Shown here one piece after another: positions 35,070 to 48,739 of a stretch of 64,000 nucleotides of DNA. The translations under genes and the position numbers were made by a program. This DNA comes from Negaprion brevirostris (lineage: Eukaryota), in assembly GCA_030324005.1 (NCBI GenBank), contig JARDVH010000110.1, positions 37,512,122-37,576,121 on the forward strand, written 5' to 3'. Numbering within the stretch: position 1 is the first letter of the stretch; each line of letters starts with the position of its first letter. The notes under the pieces were generated by a model. The model was not told the DNA's origin. It saw only the letters and a program-made list of their open reading frames with translations, and made no database searches.

Positions 35070-37980
35070 CTAGATTTCTGCCACTTGTCCACCCATTCCA
35101 CCAACTTGTCAATGTCCTTTTTAAGTTCTAAACTACTATACTCACAGTGCACAATCCAAGTTTCACCACAAATTTTGAAAATGTGCCCTGCACAACAAAG
35201 CCTGGGTCATTAATATATACCAAGGAAAACAAGGGTCCTAACTCTAACCATTGGGGAATTCCACTACAAACCTTCCCACAGCTCGAAAAACGTGTATCAA
35301 CCATTAATTTTTTTTTTGTTAATCCTCTGTTACTGCTTCAGAAAACTCCAGCAAGTTAGTTAAATGCAATTTTCTCTTGAATCCATGCTGACTTTCCTTA
35401 ATTAACACCCATTTGTCAATGTGGCTATTAATTTTGTCCAAAATTATTCTAGAAGTTTCACAACTACCAAAATTGAATTGACTGGCATGTGCTTGGCTTA
35501 CACTTGGGTTTATTCTTATAACCTTTTTGAACAAGGATGCAATATTTGCAATTATTCAGTCTTCTGAAACCACTCCTGAGTCTAAGGAAGACTGGAAAAT
35601 TATGGCCAGTGCCTCTGTAATTTCCAATCACTTCCTTCAGTCTCCTTGGAAGTATGTCCTGATACTTCCTCAACTTTTAAGTGTAAACGGCCAATGTAAT
35701 TCCCCTTCCTTATCAATTTTAAATTCTTCTAGTATATTTATCGCCTCATCCTTCACTATGGCCCAGGTAGCAGCTTATTCTTTCGTAAAGACAGATGCAA
35801 AGTATCTTTTTAATATCTCAGCTGCATTCCTTGTCTACATGCGTAAATCCCCTTTTTGATTCTTAATGGGCCAGTCACCTTTTACTATTTATATAACAAT
35901 AGAAAACTTTGGGATTCCCTTTTATGTTATCTGCCAATCTATTTTCATATTCTGTCTTTACTTCTCTTTTTTGATTTTTCACTTCCCCTCTGAATCTTTT
36001 ATGTTCACCTTGACTCTCCACTATATTATCCACCCAACATCTGTCATAAGCATACCATTTTCCTTCTTCATCTCAATCTCTATCACTTTTGTCATCCAGG
36101 GAGCTCTGGATTTGTTTAACCAATTGTTCCCTTTTGAGGGAATATATCATGACTGTGGCTAAACCATCTCTTCTTTCAAGTTAGCCTATTGTTCAGCCAT
36201 CATTTTTCCTGCCAAACTTTGATTCCAATTTATTTGGCCCAGATTCATTCTTACCCTACTAAAGTTGGCTTTCCCTCAGTTAATAATTCTTACTTCATAT
36301 TGTTATTTGTTCTTTTGCCATAGCAAACCTGAACCTTACGATACAATAACCACTGTCCCCTAAGTGTTTTCCTACTGATATTTGATCCACTTGGACAAAG
36401 TCAGTCCCAAGAACCAGGCCCAGCAGTGCCTCCCTTATATTAAACTGGAAACATAGCCATAACTTCCACCTCGCAGTGGCAATCAGCATTGAAATGCCAC
36501 GCCATATCCACTTACCTAAGCCAACTTTCTTCTGTGTCTGACTTAGTCAGCATTTCAACTCAAGCGAATGAGATCCATGGAGCGCACCTGTCTCCAAAGT
36601 TCAACTTTGCAATCTAGCAGAATTGGATTGATGGAGAGCACAACCCCTTTCTTATGGCTGACATAGCTGCCACAGGCAAGATAGGTTTAATAGTCAGATT
36701 GAAATGGAAAGTCCAGGGAGCAGATATGTAGGTCGGATTCAGGGGGGCGGAAAGGGGGGGGGGCATTGGTGGAGGTGGGAGGGATTGGACCAGNNNNNNN
36801 NNNNNNNNNNNNNNNNNNNNNNNNNNNNNNNNNNNNNNNNNNNNNNNNNNNNNNNNNNNNNNNNNNNNNNNNNNNNNNNNNNNNNNNNNNNNNNNNNNNN
36901 NNNNNNNNNNNNNNNNNNNNNNNNNNNNNNNNNNNNNNNNNNNNNNNNNNNNNNNNNNNNNNNNNNNNNNNNNNNNNNNNNNNNNNNNNNNNNNNNNNNN
37001 NNNNNNNNNNNNNNNNNNNTGATGGGTAATTGGGGGAGAGGTCTGGTGCAGGAGGAGGGAATTCCCTGGGGAGTGGGGAGATACTGTGGGGGAATGGTTA
37101 GGTGGGGTAGAGAAATCCCTCAGGGGATCAAGGGTGTAGGGGGAGTCCCTCAGGGAGTTTGTGGATGTCCTGTGGGAGTGGGGAGAGAAGGGGGCAGTGG
37201 TCAGCCTACAATAATTACCCAGGTGTTAGAAGAGGTTTTAATTCTTCTAATTTTTTCTAACTATTGGTGTAACCCTGGTGAAACTATCTGAATTTGTGAT
37301 TTAAATCACATTTACAGATGGTTCACAGTGCAGGACAATTGTCCAAAGGAAGTCTGCACTTCTGGGCTGCTGCCTTCTAAATGCTTAGCAGTGAAGTTCC
37401 AAGAGGGATTCCCTGGGAAGCTCGGAGGTTATGACCCATACTGTTGCAAAAACCTTCTGTAAAACTTCCAATACTTTTGCCCCTCTTTGCACTACTACGA
37501 TCCCAGTCTATATTCGGATAATTACAGTCCCCCATTATAACTACCCTATAGTTCTTAAACTCCTCTGTAATTTCCTTACAAATTTGTTCTTCTACATCCT
37601 TTCCACTAATTGGTAGCCTGTAAACTACATCAAACATTATAATTGCATCTTTTTTGTTCTTCACTCTGGACAAATAGATGATAATCAAAAAAAATCTCTC
37701 TCCAGCATTTCAATGCTGTCCTTAATCAGTACCACCACCCCGCCCATTTTTCTTCCTTCCATATCTTTCCTGAACACCTTGTATCCATGAATATTTAATT
37801 CTCAGAGAGCCAGGTCTTTGTTATAGTCACAATATCATATTTCCTCTTATCAGTCTGTACCTCTAACTCACCAGTCTTATTTACCACACTCAGTGCATTC
37901 ACATGCATGCATACTAACTGTGATTTAGACTTCATTAATTTTTTTCCTTATTCTTGACATCACCTAATAACTTACCGCTA
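35070..37980 (-). mobile_element. Old CR1 LINE (RT to endonuclease) interrupted by a GC-rich non-autonomous element (about 36480-37440)
   Basis: LIKESQHGFKRKLHLTNLLEF, QVDQISVGKHLGDSGYCIVRF and YRVVIMGDCNYPNIDW occur in colinear order on the minus strand. Confidence 0.8.
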
Positions 37981-37987
37981 TAGTGCC

Positions 37988-38122
37988 TTCCCAGTCTCTT
38001 CACAGTGATGCTGACCTGCTTCCCACTCCCTCCCGGTCTGCTTCACAGTGAAGTTGACCTGCTTCACGCTCCGTCCTGGTCTGCTTCGTAGTGATACTGA
38101 CCTGTTTCCCATTCCTCCCAGT
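37988..38122 (+). repeat. Minisatellite, 43 bp x 3
   Basis: cttcacagtga..tgacctgcttc recurs at 37998, 38041 and 38084. Confidence 0.85.
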
Positions 38123-38771
38123 AATATCAACTGATTAATATACTGAACAAGAAAGTATAAAGAATACTAGGCATGTTTAAATTCCTTTTATTTGATTTCA
38201 AAGGGTTTTTATTTTGTTTTTGAGAGTGTGAATATTGGCAAAGTTGTGGTTAGAGTTAGGTTCCTAATTTCCCTAAGGTACTGATTGGCCATCTTGAACC
38301 ATTGCTATCATGGTGTTAACTGTGAATTACTGATGACGTTCTGCAGAGAATTTGAGGATTTTGACCCAGCATCAGTGAAGAGATGGGCCAAGACAGGAGG
38401 ATGTACATTTTGGAAGTAATGATGCTTTTTAGAAAGTTGCTGCTCCTGTCCTTCTTGTTTGTAGACGTCTCAGACATATAGAGTGGTGTTAAAGTTAGTT
38501 CGGCAGGTTGCTTTATAATATCCTGTCTATAGTAAACAATGAAGATACAATATGTTGATGGTGAAAGGCTGCACATTGAGTTAAAGGCAAGGATATTGAT
38601 TAATCAGACTACTTTTGTCTTGGAAAATGTTGAGATTAATGAGTGTTATAACAAGATAAGTGCTGGAGATGGTAGAGGGGTCTGCAAGTGAATCACTCAC
38701 TTGTCTTCTGGTTTCATTAGTGAACAGCCTATGAAGATGATTGATGATAGTGGGCCAAGGACACTCAGTAC

Positions 38772-38900
38772 GTAGTCTCACAACACCAGGTTAAAGTCCA
38801 ACAGGTTTACTTGGTAGCACAAGCTTTTGGAGCATTGCCCCGTCATCAGTCACCTAATGAAGGGGCAATGCTCTGAAAGCTCATGCTTTCAGAGCATTTC
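38772..38900. mobile_element. Head-to-head Penelope-type termini with degenerate hammerheads
   Basis: Minus-strand ctgatgacggggcaatgctccaaaagcttgtg abuts plus-strand cacctaatgaaggggcaatgctctgaaagctcatg. Confidence 0.7.
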
Positions 38901-39614
38901 ACCTGACTGAGGTGCCACCTGCTGAGTTATTCTAGCATTTTCTGTTTTTATACCTTTCTTTCTCTTTTCCACCCAGGATTTGATGGCCAAGAAAGGTGTG
39001 TTCATAACTCAGCAAGCAGTTGAATGTCAACCTGCAAAATCCTTCCAACATGTCAACGGCAGGCGGTGAGAACAACAGAAACTCCTGATCATCTGCACTT
39101 CATGCAAAGTGGTGCCCCTCAAGTGAGAAATCTGTGTCAACAGGCTGGCTACCTGTTCCAAACAAAACCTCACTACCATGCTCACATTTGAAAGTCTTCC
39201 TTGTGCAGAAGAGCAACAGCAACAGCTCTTTCATTAATTATAATGTTTGAATTTGGAGGGTGGTTTCGTAGCCAGATGCCTTTCAGCCATATTAAACCTC
39301 CTTGTTTGTCCAGCTTGACACTGATGCATACTGACTTACTTGTGCCAGTGGCTTGGTTTTTTTTTCATGAATTGTAACTTGAGCGTGGGACTTCCTGTCT
39401 CAGACAGGAGAGCTACCCACTGAGCAATTCAGCTCCCCTTTTCAAAACAATTAGATAACAATAACTTTTTAACACATATGAGCTCCTAATCTTTCATATT
39501 TTCAATATACCCAAATGAAAAGGATATAATTTAACCCGAATAATGTCTGAAAACCTTGGAGATATGTTGATTTTTTCAATATAGCCTCCCCCCACCTCCA
39601 TTTAATGCCATGTT

Positions 39615-39917
39615 AAGAACATAAGAAATAGGATCAGGAGTAGGCCATCCAGCCCTTCGAGTCTGCCCCGCCATTCAATAAGATCATGGCTGATCTGTCG
39701 TGGCTCAGTTCNNNNNNNNNNNNNNNNNNNNNNNNNNNNNNNNNNNNNNNNNNNNNNNNNNNNNNNNNNNNNNNNNNNNNNNNNNNNNNNNNNNNNNNNN
39801 NNNNNNNNNNNCCCTCGCTATGAAGGCCAGCATCCCATTCGCCTTCCTGACCACCTGCTGCACCTGCAGGCTGGGTTTTTGCGACTCAATCACAAGGACC
39901 CCGAGGTCCCTCTGCAC
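39615..39917 (-). mobile_element. CR1 LINE 3' fragment spanning a gap
   Basis: QRDLGVLVIESQKPSLQVQQVVRKANGMLAFIAR and tail aagaacataagaaatagg. Confidence 0.85.
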
Positions 39918-41101
39918 TTATGTCATTTCATACATACAAGTATCCCACAATATTCTTCGGAAATTCGAGTGAGAAATGAACATTATTTTCTATATAATCG
40001 TGCAAACAATGGATTGTAAAACAACAAATGTAGTTTCATTGGGTTAATGCAGTGCACACTCTGTGTGGGTCTACAAACCAGCGATATTTTTAACGCCTAT
40101 CTGTGGATGTGACAATCGGGTTGCTTCTGCAGTGGCTGCGGCATTTTAAATGTAACCTTGGGTGACTGCCAGCGCAATGAACAACATCACGTCATTGCAA
40201 TCGAGTTGCCACATTTCATCATTTCCTTAACTCCGACCCATCATAGACCAGCAGTGGCAAGAAAAAACAGAAAAAAGCTGCAAATAACAAGTCATATGTA
40301 CCGTCCAAGTACACGGCACTGTTGGGGAAAATCGGCCACTCACTTCACCGTCGATTGTAGTTTTATTTAAAAAAATGATTTTCAATAAGAATTGGACCGG
40401 CGGCGCTTTATTTGCCAATTCACTTGCCTGTCTACATTCTCCTGCAGTTTGTGCAAACTGCACCACGAGAGGAAACAAACTGTTGCAATCGTGGGGCTAC
40501 GCAAGTGTTAGTGAACCATCACGGCATTAAACTAAAGGTCGCGGCATTGAGCAGTCACTTTGCCCAACTTCTCATTTTTTTGCAATCGTGCAAAGCCGCG
40601 AATGTTCAAACAGAATGCTGAAGTGTGCAATCAGAAATCCAGGTCAATGCATAAACAGTGAAATGAGCTAACCAGACCACAGTTTGAGTATTGTGCAGAG
40701 TCACTGCTGCCCACTGGGAATACTGAAGCCCTGTGTATAATGGAAAGCCAAAATACTAATTCTCAGAGCCAGGGCACTGAGCTAGCTTGGGTCATTCGAC
40801 GTGGAACCTTAAAGGGAAAGCCATATAAATGTGTAACATCATAAATGGTCCAGGAAAGGTAAAGGTTTTGATGAATTTATGCCATTGGACAAGAGGGCAA
40901 AAGTTCAAAAAGTAAATTTCACTGATGATGTAATTTATTCCTAATGAAATGTGATTGATCCACGTCTGGGTACTTTAGTGATGGGTAAAGGTTGAAATTA
41001 TTTAAAAATCAGCAATCTGTGATGAAATTTAGATTTTTTTCAGGGTAAAACGAGCTACAGTTTGTGAAATGGCCTTTCTCACTTTAAAATTAGAACTAGA
41101 G

Positions 41102-41467
41102 TCATAGAATAGAATCATAGAATCCCTACAGTGCAGAAGGAGATCATTTGGCCCCATTGAGCCTGCACCAACTCTCCTACAGAGCATCCCACCTAGGCCC
41201 CACACCCCACCATATCCCCTTAACCCCACACATTTCCTATGAATAATCCATCTAACCTACACAACTTGGGGCACTAAAGGGAAATTTAACATGGCCAATC
41301 GACATAACCTACTCATCTTTGGACTGTGGGAGAAAACCAGAGCACCGGAGGAAACCTACACAGACACGGGAGAATATGCAAACTCAACACAGGCAGTCCA
41401 AGCCGGAGTTGAACCCTGACGCTGTGGGGCAGCAATGAAATCACTGTGCCACCACTATGCCACCCAA
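41102..41467 (-). mobile_element. HE1/V-SINE
   Basis: catagaatagaatcatagaa tail, V-domain and tRNA head. Confidence 0.9.
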
Positions 41468-42782
41468 TAGTGAGGTTAAATAAGGAGCACTTTTTTATGC
41501 AAAGTTTTGTGGAAGTCTGTAACATGCTCCCAAAAGGCTAATGATACTCAGCAATTTAAATTTTCAAGATTGAGATTGATAATTTTTTTTGTTTGGTAAG
41601 ATTATCAAGGGATACAAAGCCAAGGCATGAAAATGGATTTGCGTCAAGCTAAGAGGAAAGTTAAGGAGGAACATTTGCAACAAGAGAGTTGTTGGGAATC
41701 TGGAATTCACTGCCTGAAAGGGTGGTTGAGTCAGAAACTCTAGTAACATTTAAGAAGTAATTAGATATTCACTTGCAGTGCCATAACCTGCAGGCTTTGA
41801 ACATTTAGGATCATGCTTTGGACAATTAGGATCCCTAATTGGGATTAGGATAGCCAGATCTTTGCTGATTGCTGTGGATGTGGTGGGTAGCATGACATCC
41901 TTTCATGCCGTAAATGTCTATGAATCTATCACCTCTAATATAGTTGAATGGCAGAATAGGCTAGAGGGTCTGCATTGATTACCTTTGATCCTATGCTTCC
42001 AAAGACCTCTGTCTTAGTTGTATATTATTTGTTTTTATTTGTATTCAGGTGATTGGCATTAACTTGGGATTCACTTGTGCCCTTATGAAAAAAAGAAACA
42101 GACCAAAACTCANNNNNNNNNNNNNNNNNNNNNNNNNNNNNNNNNNNNNNNNNNNNNNNNNNNNNNNNNNNNNNNNNNNNNNNNNNNNNNNNNNNNNNNN
42201 NNNNNNNNNNNNNNNNNNNNNNNNNNNNNNNNNNNNNNNNNNNNNNNNNNNNNNNNNNNNNNNNNNNNNNNNNNNNNNNNNNNNNNNNNNNNNNNNNNNN
42301 NNNNNNNNNNNNNNNNNNNNNNNNNNNNNNNNNNNNNNNNNNNNNNNNNNNNNNNNNNNNNNNNNNNNNNNNNNNNNNNNNNNNNNNNNNNNNNNNNNNN
42401 NNNNNNNNNNNNNNNNNNNNNNNNNNNNNNNNNNNNNNNNNNNNNNNNNNNNNNNNNNNNNNNNNNNNNNNNNNNNNNNNNNNNNNNNNNNNNNNNNNNN
42501 NGTGCTGTAGAGTTTCTATGATTTCTATGATTTTTATCCTTCACCACCCAACTTTCTTGAATAGAGCATTTGACTCATATGGGCTTAGACCAATCAGAAT
42601 AATGGACCTAATATTAAACCTGTTAGACACTGAACTATATTGACCTGCCTGTCGAATATCTGTCAGCAGATAGATAGGAATGTACAGCTACAATAAATTC
42701 AATTTGACTGAATCCAAAATGGTGACTCTGGCATGGCAATAACCTTGCTAATCTGCACAAAATTAATATATTTTAATAAATT

Positions 42783-43121
42783 GGGCAGCATGGTGGCATA
42801 ATGGCTAACACTCAGGGACCCATGTTTGATTCTGACCTTGGGTGACTGTCTGTTGACTGTCTGTGTGGAGTCTGCATGTTCTCCCAATGTCTGCATGTGT
42901 TTCCTCTGGGTGCTCTGATTTCTTCCCAAAGCCCAAAGATGTGCAAGTTAGGTGGATTGGCCATGCTAAGTTGCTCCTTAGTGTCCCACAATGTGTAGAT
43001 TAGTTGGATTAGCCATGGTAAATACGAAGTGTCACAGTGATAGGGTGGGGAGGGTGTGATAAGATACTCCTTCAGAAAGTCATTAGGCCAAATGGCCTCC
43101 TGCATTGTAGAGATTCTATGG
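42783..43121 (+). mobile_element. HE1/V-SINE
   Basis: gggcagcatggtggc head, V-domain, and attctatg tail. Confidence 0.85.
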
Positions 43122-43229
43122 TTCCAAAGTAAATAGGTGGTGAAATCAGTATTCCTTGGTGTGACTAAGATGATAGTTATGGGTTTTCAATAATTATTAT
43201 CCTCTTTTTTTGGTGTGAGACCATTTATT

Positions 43230-43822
43230 TCCATCTCCATCATGTAGTTCATCTCCACTTCTGTTCAACTCATTTTCTATTGAAACCCTCATCCATGCTG
43301 TTGCCGCTGGACTCAACTATTTCACTGCTGTCTTAGGTGGTCAACCACATTGCACCCTCTTAAATTTGAGTTCATTCATAACTCTGTTGCTGAGTTGTAA
43401 TTCCCATTTACCCATCACTACCATACTCAGTCCTACGTTGGCTCCCAGTCTAAAAACACCTCAGTTTTAAAATTGTCATTCTTGTTTTCAAATTCACCTG
43501 TGGACTTACCCTCCTTATTGCAGTTATCTATTCCAGCCTTACAACTGTTACAGTTTCATGTTTCTATGTTTTTTTCAGTTCTGGACTCTTATGATTCTGA
43601 GTTTTAAATACTCCACTATTGATGGCTGTACCTTTGACAGCTTAGGCCCTCAGCTCTGAAATTTCTCCACCAGTAAACTTTTCTATCTGCCATTCTTTTA
43701 AGATGTTGTTTGCTCTATAATCACCTTATGTGCCTTGGTTTTAATTTTTGTCTGATAACACTCTTGTGACATGCTTTTGGACATTTTTACTATATTAAAT
43801 GCAATATATGAATGCTACTTAT
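43230..43822 (+). mobile_element. L2 LINE 3' fragment
   Basis: gaaaccctcatccatgc...ttttaaaattgtcattcttgttttcaaat, with an L2-type tail ...tattaaatgcaatatatgaatgc. Confidence 0.7.
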
Positions 43823-44139
43823 TGAGCATTGTTGGCCAATATATAAAAAAAACTATATCAGGCANNNNNNNNNNNNNNNNNNNNNNNNNNNNNNNNNNNN
43901 NNNNNNNNNNNNNNNNNNNNNNNNNNNNNNNNNNNNNNNNNNNNNNNNNNNNNNNNNNNNNNNNNNNNNNNNNNNNNNNNNNNNNNNNNNNNNNNNNNNN
44001 NNNNNNNACTGTAACTGTGTTAGAAAATGCACTGTTATTGGCTTAGTAATGCCCACAGATTCAGTATTTGGCTTAGAATTTATTTCATTCCTCTTTTGAA
44101 CAGGGGAAGAAGATATTATATGACTACTCCCATTTGAAG

Positions 44140-45432
44140 TGCTGGCAAAGCCCAGCATATCAGCAAAAGACAAAGCTGAAGCATTTGCAACCGTCATCAG
44201 CCAGAAGTGTCAAGTAGTTGATCTTCCCAAGGTCCCAGTATTCCAAATACCAGTTGTCAGTCAATTCTCAGCACCCCATGTGAAATCAAGAAATTACTGA
44301 CTGCACTGAATACGGCAAAGGCTATGGACCTGACAGCATCCTTACTGAAAACTTGTGCCCCAGAACTGGCTTAACCCTGCCACTTTTGCTGTAAAACTGA
44401 CATCTGTATGGCAGAATATAAAATTGCCCAAATATGTCTTGTTCTTAAAAAGCAGGTAAATCTAATCCAGTCAACCACGAACTTATCAGTCCACTCAATT
44501 ATCAGCAGAGCAGTGGCAAAAGTTGTTGATGTTGCCATCAAAAGGCACATACCAGTATCCTGCTCACTGATACAAATTTAATGTGTTTCATCAAATCCAC
44601 TGGGCACTATATAGATGTAAGAGGTTAATTCCAAGGATGAGGTGAGAATGACTGCCCTTGACATCAAGATAGCATTTGACCATTTGTGGGTCAAAGAGCT
44701 ATAGTAAAACTGAAGTCAATAGCAATCAGATGAAAAACTCTCCATTTTTTCATGTTCTACCTCAACACAAGACCTGGATGACATTCAGGCTAGGGTTGAC
44801 AATAGGCAAGTAAAATGTATGCCACACATGTGCCAGGNNNNNNNNNNAGCACTGGGCATTCTGTGGTGTATAACTCATCTCCTGTTCTCCTAGGCTTGTT
44901 CAGCACCTACAAATCAGGAGTGGGATGAAATAATCCCCAGGTGCCTGAATAAGTGCAACTCCAAAAACACTCAAATATCTTAACACCATTGAAAACAAAG
45001 CAGCCCACTTGATTGCCATTACAATACACAATCTTAAACATTCGCTCCGTCCACCACCAGTGCACTGGCAATAGTGTGCCATCTAAAAGATCCACCACAG
45101 CAACTCACCAATACATCCCAATAGTACCATCCAAACCCATGATCTGTATGCCTTGAAGGACAAGAGTAGCAGGCATGTGTAAATAACACCATCTGCAACT
45201 TTTTTTTCCAAGTCACGGACCATTCTGATGTGCAAATATATTGTCATTCTTTGACTCTCACTTGGTCAAAATCCTGGAACTTCCTTTCTAACAACACTGT
45301 GGGTCTACCTGCACCACATGGACTGGAGTTATCCAAGAAGGTGAATCAAACCATTTTCTCTAGGACAATAGAGATGAACAACAAATGCTGACCTTGCCCA
45401 CAATGTCCACATCTCATGAACAAATAAAAAAA
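44140..45432 (+). mobile_element. Decayed non-LTR retrotransposon (CR1/Jockey-group RT, second family), ending in an A-rich tail
   Basis: KDKAEAFAT, KAM..PD, LKTCAPELA and ALDIKIAFD-like RT motifs. Related fragments lie at about 46690-48085 (+) and 38220-38770 (-). Confidence 0.7.
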
Positions 45433-47584
45433 AATTGCCCTAATTGGAACTCTGTCTCTCAAACAGCAGTGGATGCTGGTTAGATTGGGAGGTTTAAGTT
45501 TGAGATAGACAAATCGTTATTGAGCAGGGATATCAAGGGATATGGGCCTGGAGTAAGTACATGGAGTTAGGCCACAGAGCAGCCATGATCTTATTGAATG
45601 GTGGAGAATGTTCAAAGGGCTGAATGGCCTATTCCTCTTCCTATGTTCCTAGAAAGATTCCAGACGAGTCAGTGGAGATGTGTCTTAGGACTGAAACCAG
45701 AAATATCAGAGAAAGACAGCTCCATAAAGAAATATAACTATTAACCAAGTCAGAATTTTTTTTAATACTCAATTGACAAGTAACTTCCAATTTTTGTCAA
45801 ACCCATGTATATTAAACTCCAAAGAGGAATGTTATGAATATTTTAATACTGAGATAGAGTAATTCTGAACTATGATACTCTTTGTCAAGCTAAAAACAGT
45901 TATAATGTAGTTCATAAGTCAAATTATTCCTTTTTTATGGTGATGAGGTTAATTATCACTTTAACCTTGACAATGTGTANNNNNNNNNNNNNNNNNNNNN
46001 NNNNNNNNNNNNNNNNNNNNNNNNNNNNNNNNNNNNNNNNNNNNNNNNNNNNNNNNNNNNNNNNNNNNNNNNNNNNNNNNNNNNNNNNNNNNNNNNNNNN
46101 NNNNNNNNNNNNNNNNNNNNNNNNNNNNNNNNNNNNNNNNNNNNNNNNNNNNNNNNNNNNNNNNNNNNNNNNNNNNNNNNNNNNNNNNNNNNNNNNNNNN
46201 NNNNNNNNNNNNNNNNNNNNNNNNNNNNNNNNNNNNNNNNNNNNNNNNNNNNAACAAGAGCCAGACAAAGTGTTGGACAGGTTTGCTTACTGAGCAGCTT
46301 ACAGCTGAAAGACTCCCAAGCAGTTTTACAGAAGATATATTGTGTGTTTATCTTTGAGCCACCATTATATTCTTTTGGCAAGTCATCCTGTTTCATTTGA
46401 TTGCCTCTTCTATGAATAAGTTGCAAACCTTCTCACATGTGTAACATGAGCTGCAAGCAATTATTTTGTTCATGTGAGCACTGTGTCGCAAATGCAGTGA
46501 TGTAGTACAAAAAAACAACAAGAAGGTTAAAACCACATGGACCACCTGTTATCCAATCTATGCACCACATGCAATAAAGGCAAACCCAGTCCAATCAGTG
46601 CTGCAAAGTCCTCCTTTTGAGGACTTAAGTCAAGATTAGCAGAACTGTCACACAGCCTATCATGCAACAACTTGACTTCACTATTGGGCAATATCCCAAA
46701 CTGTTCCATTAGCATCTCTAGCTATGCCCTGTGCCAAAGGTGAAATAGATTCATTCGTGGCACAATGATATGAAATCAGGAGAGAGTGGGCCTGGGAATC
46801 CTCAATTTTGATTTCTGACCACATGATGTCTCATCTGCTGATGAGTCAGTACTTCTCCATGTCGAACACTATTTGGAAGAAGCAGTGAAGATAACAAGGG
46901 GACATAATGTACTGTGGGTAAGGTAGTTAAATGTCCTTCACCAAAAGTTACAAAGTACTACCATTGCACAGTGAGTACTGATTGAGCTGGCCAAGTCCTG
47001 AAGGATAAAGTTGCCAGACAGACTTGTGACAGGTGCTGCAAGAGCTAATGTGAGGGAAAACCTACTGGCTCTCATCTTCACCAAGTACAACATTTCCTTT
47101 ATGTGTTGGGTTTGACTGTCTAATGATAAATTGCCCAATTAAAGCCATCTTAAACTAAAAACATTGTTATTTAATTGTCATCACTATTCACAATTGGATG
47201 TGGCATAAACAAAGAGATTTGATCTGATCTATCAGTTGTAGAAACCTTAACTTTGTTTCAAGCATGTTACTTCTACTATTTAACATGCATATAACATATG
47301 TTGTAGCTTCAACAGCTTGGCACCTCATTTTCAAATACACCCTAGAGCTGCTTCTAGCATATTCTTCTATGTTCATCACTGAATCAGTGTTGATTGCCTG
47401 GCTTGATGGAGGAGGCTCTATTGACACCTCTATCCTCAATGGCAGAGTCCAGCACGTAAGTGTAAAAGATAAGTTTGAAGTGTTTGCAACCATTTTTGGC
47501 CAGAAGTGCTGAGTGAATTTTCCATCTGCCAGTTCCTGATGCCAGTCTTGAGCCAATTTGAATCACGTCACTCTGAATCACATA

Positions 47585-47916
47585 GGGTGGCATGATAGCA
47601 CAGGGGTTAACACTGCTGCCTCACAGCGCCAGGGACCAGGATTCAGTTCCTTGAATCACTGTCTGTTTGGAATTTGCACATTCTCCCCGTGTATGTATAT
47701 GTTTCCTCCAGGTGCTCCGGTTTACTCCCACAGTCCAAAGATGTGCGGCTTATAAATTGAATAGTCCGTACTAAATTGACCCAAGTATCAGGGAATTAGC
47801 AGGGGAAATATGTGGGGTTACAAGTATGGGGTCTTGGTGGGATTATGGTTGGTGCAGACTCGATGGGCCAAATGGCCTCCTTCTGCACTGTAGGGATTAT
47901 ATGATTCTTCTATGAT
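47585..47916 (+). mobile_element. HE1/V-SINE
   Basis: tRNA head, V-domain, and tail atgattcttctatgatt. Confidence 0.9.
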
Positions 47917-48739
47917 TCATGTCAAAATCCTAGAGCTCTCTACCTAACAGTACTGCGGAAGTACTTTCACCAGATTGATTGCAGCAGTTCAAGAGGAAGG
48001 ACCACTGGATTATCACAACACTTACGAATGGACAGCAAACAGTGGCCTTGGCAGTGACAGCTAGATCCTATCAATGAATAAGTAATAGTATATTGAGATT
48101 GTCATTATTTGAGGAAAATAGTTTTAAAGTCAACCTATTTTAAACATTTAAGTTTTTCCTGTCAATATAATTTTGTATCTCTTTATTCCCCAAAAACAGT
48201 GAGNNNNNNNNNNNNNNNNNNNNNNNNNNNNNNNNNNNNNNNNNNNNNNNNNNNNNNNNNNNNNNNNNNNNNNNNNNNNNNNNNNNNNNNNNNNNNNNNN
48301 NNNNNNNNNNNNNNNNNNNNNNNNNNNNNNNNNNNNNCTGAGCCCACGTACCTCCAAGTCTGCTCCTCACAGTTCTCTAACTCAGAGCCTATTTCTTTGC
48401 TCCTTTCTCTCAATTTACTTAACAGGATCTGCTTCTGATCTCTATCTTTATCCCTTACCTAGCACTGTCTTCTAGGACCTGCTTCTGAAACCTATCTTTG
48501 TTCCTGCCTAGGATCTCTTCTTGTCCTCTCCCTATGTTCTGCTTGCCGGAACACTTTCAGCTCAACGGCACTCCAGATTTGGCCACCTCACCTGCCGTTT
48601 CAGGCCAATTCACTTTTGCACATTTATACAGGGCCGGTCCCAGCTTAAAGAACATGAAAATGGACAAATTGCATGTGAAGCCATTTCCCGCCTGGCACAT
48701 GCACACAAGGCCCTAAGTTCTGCCTGCTGTTTTAAAAAG

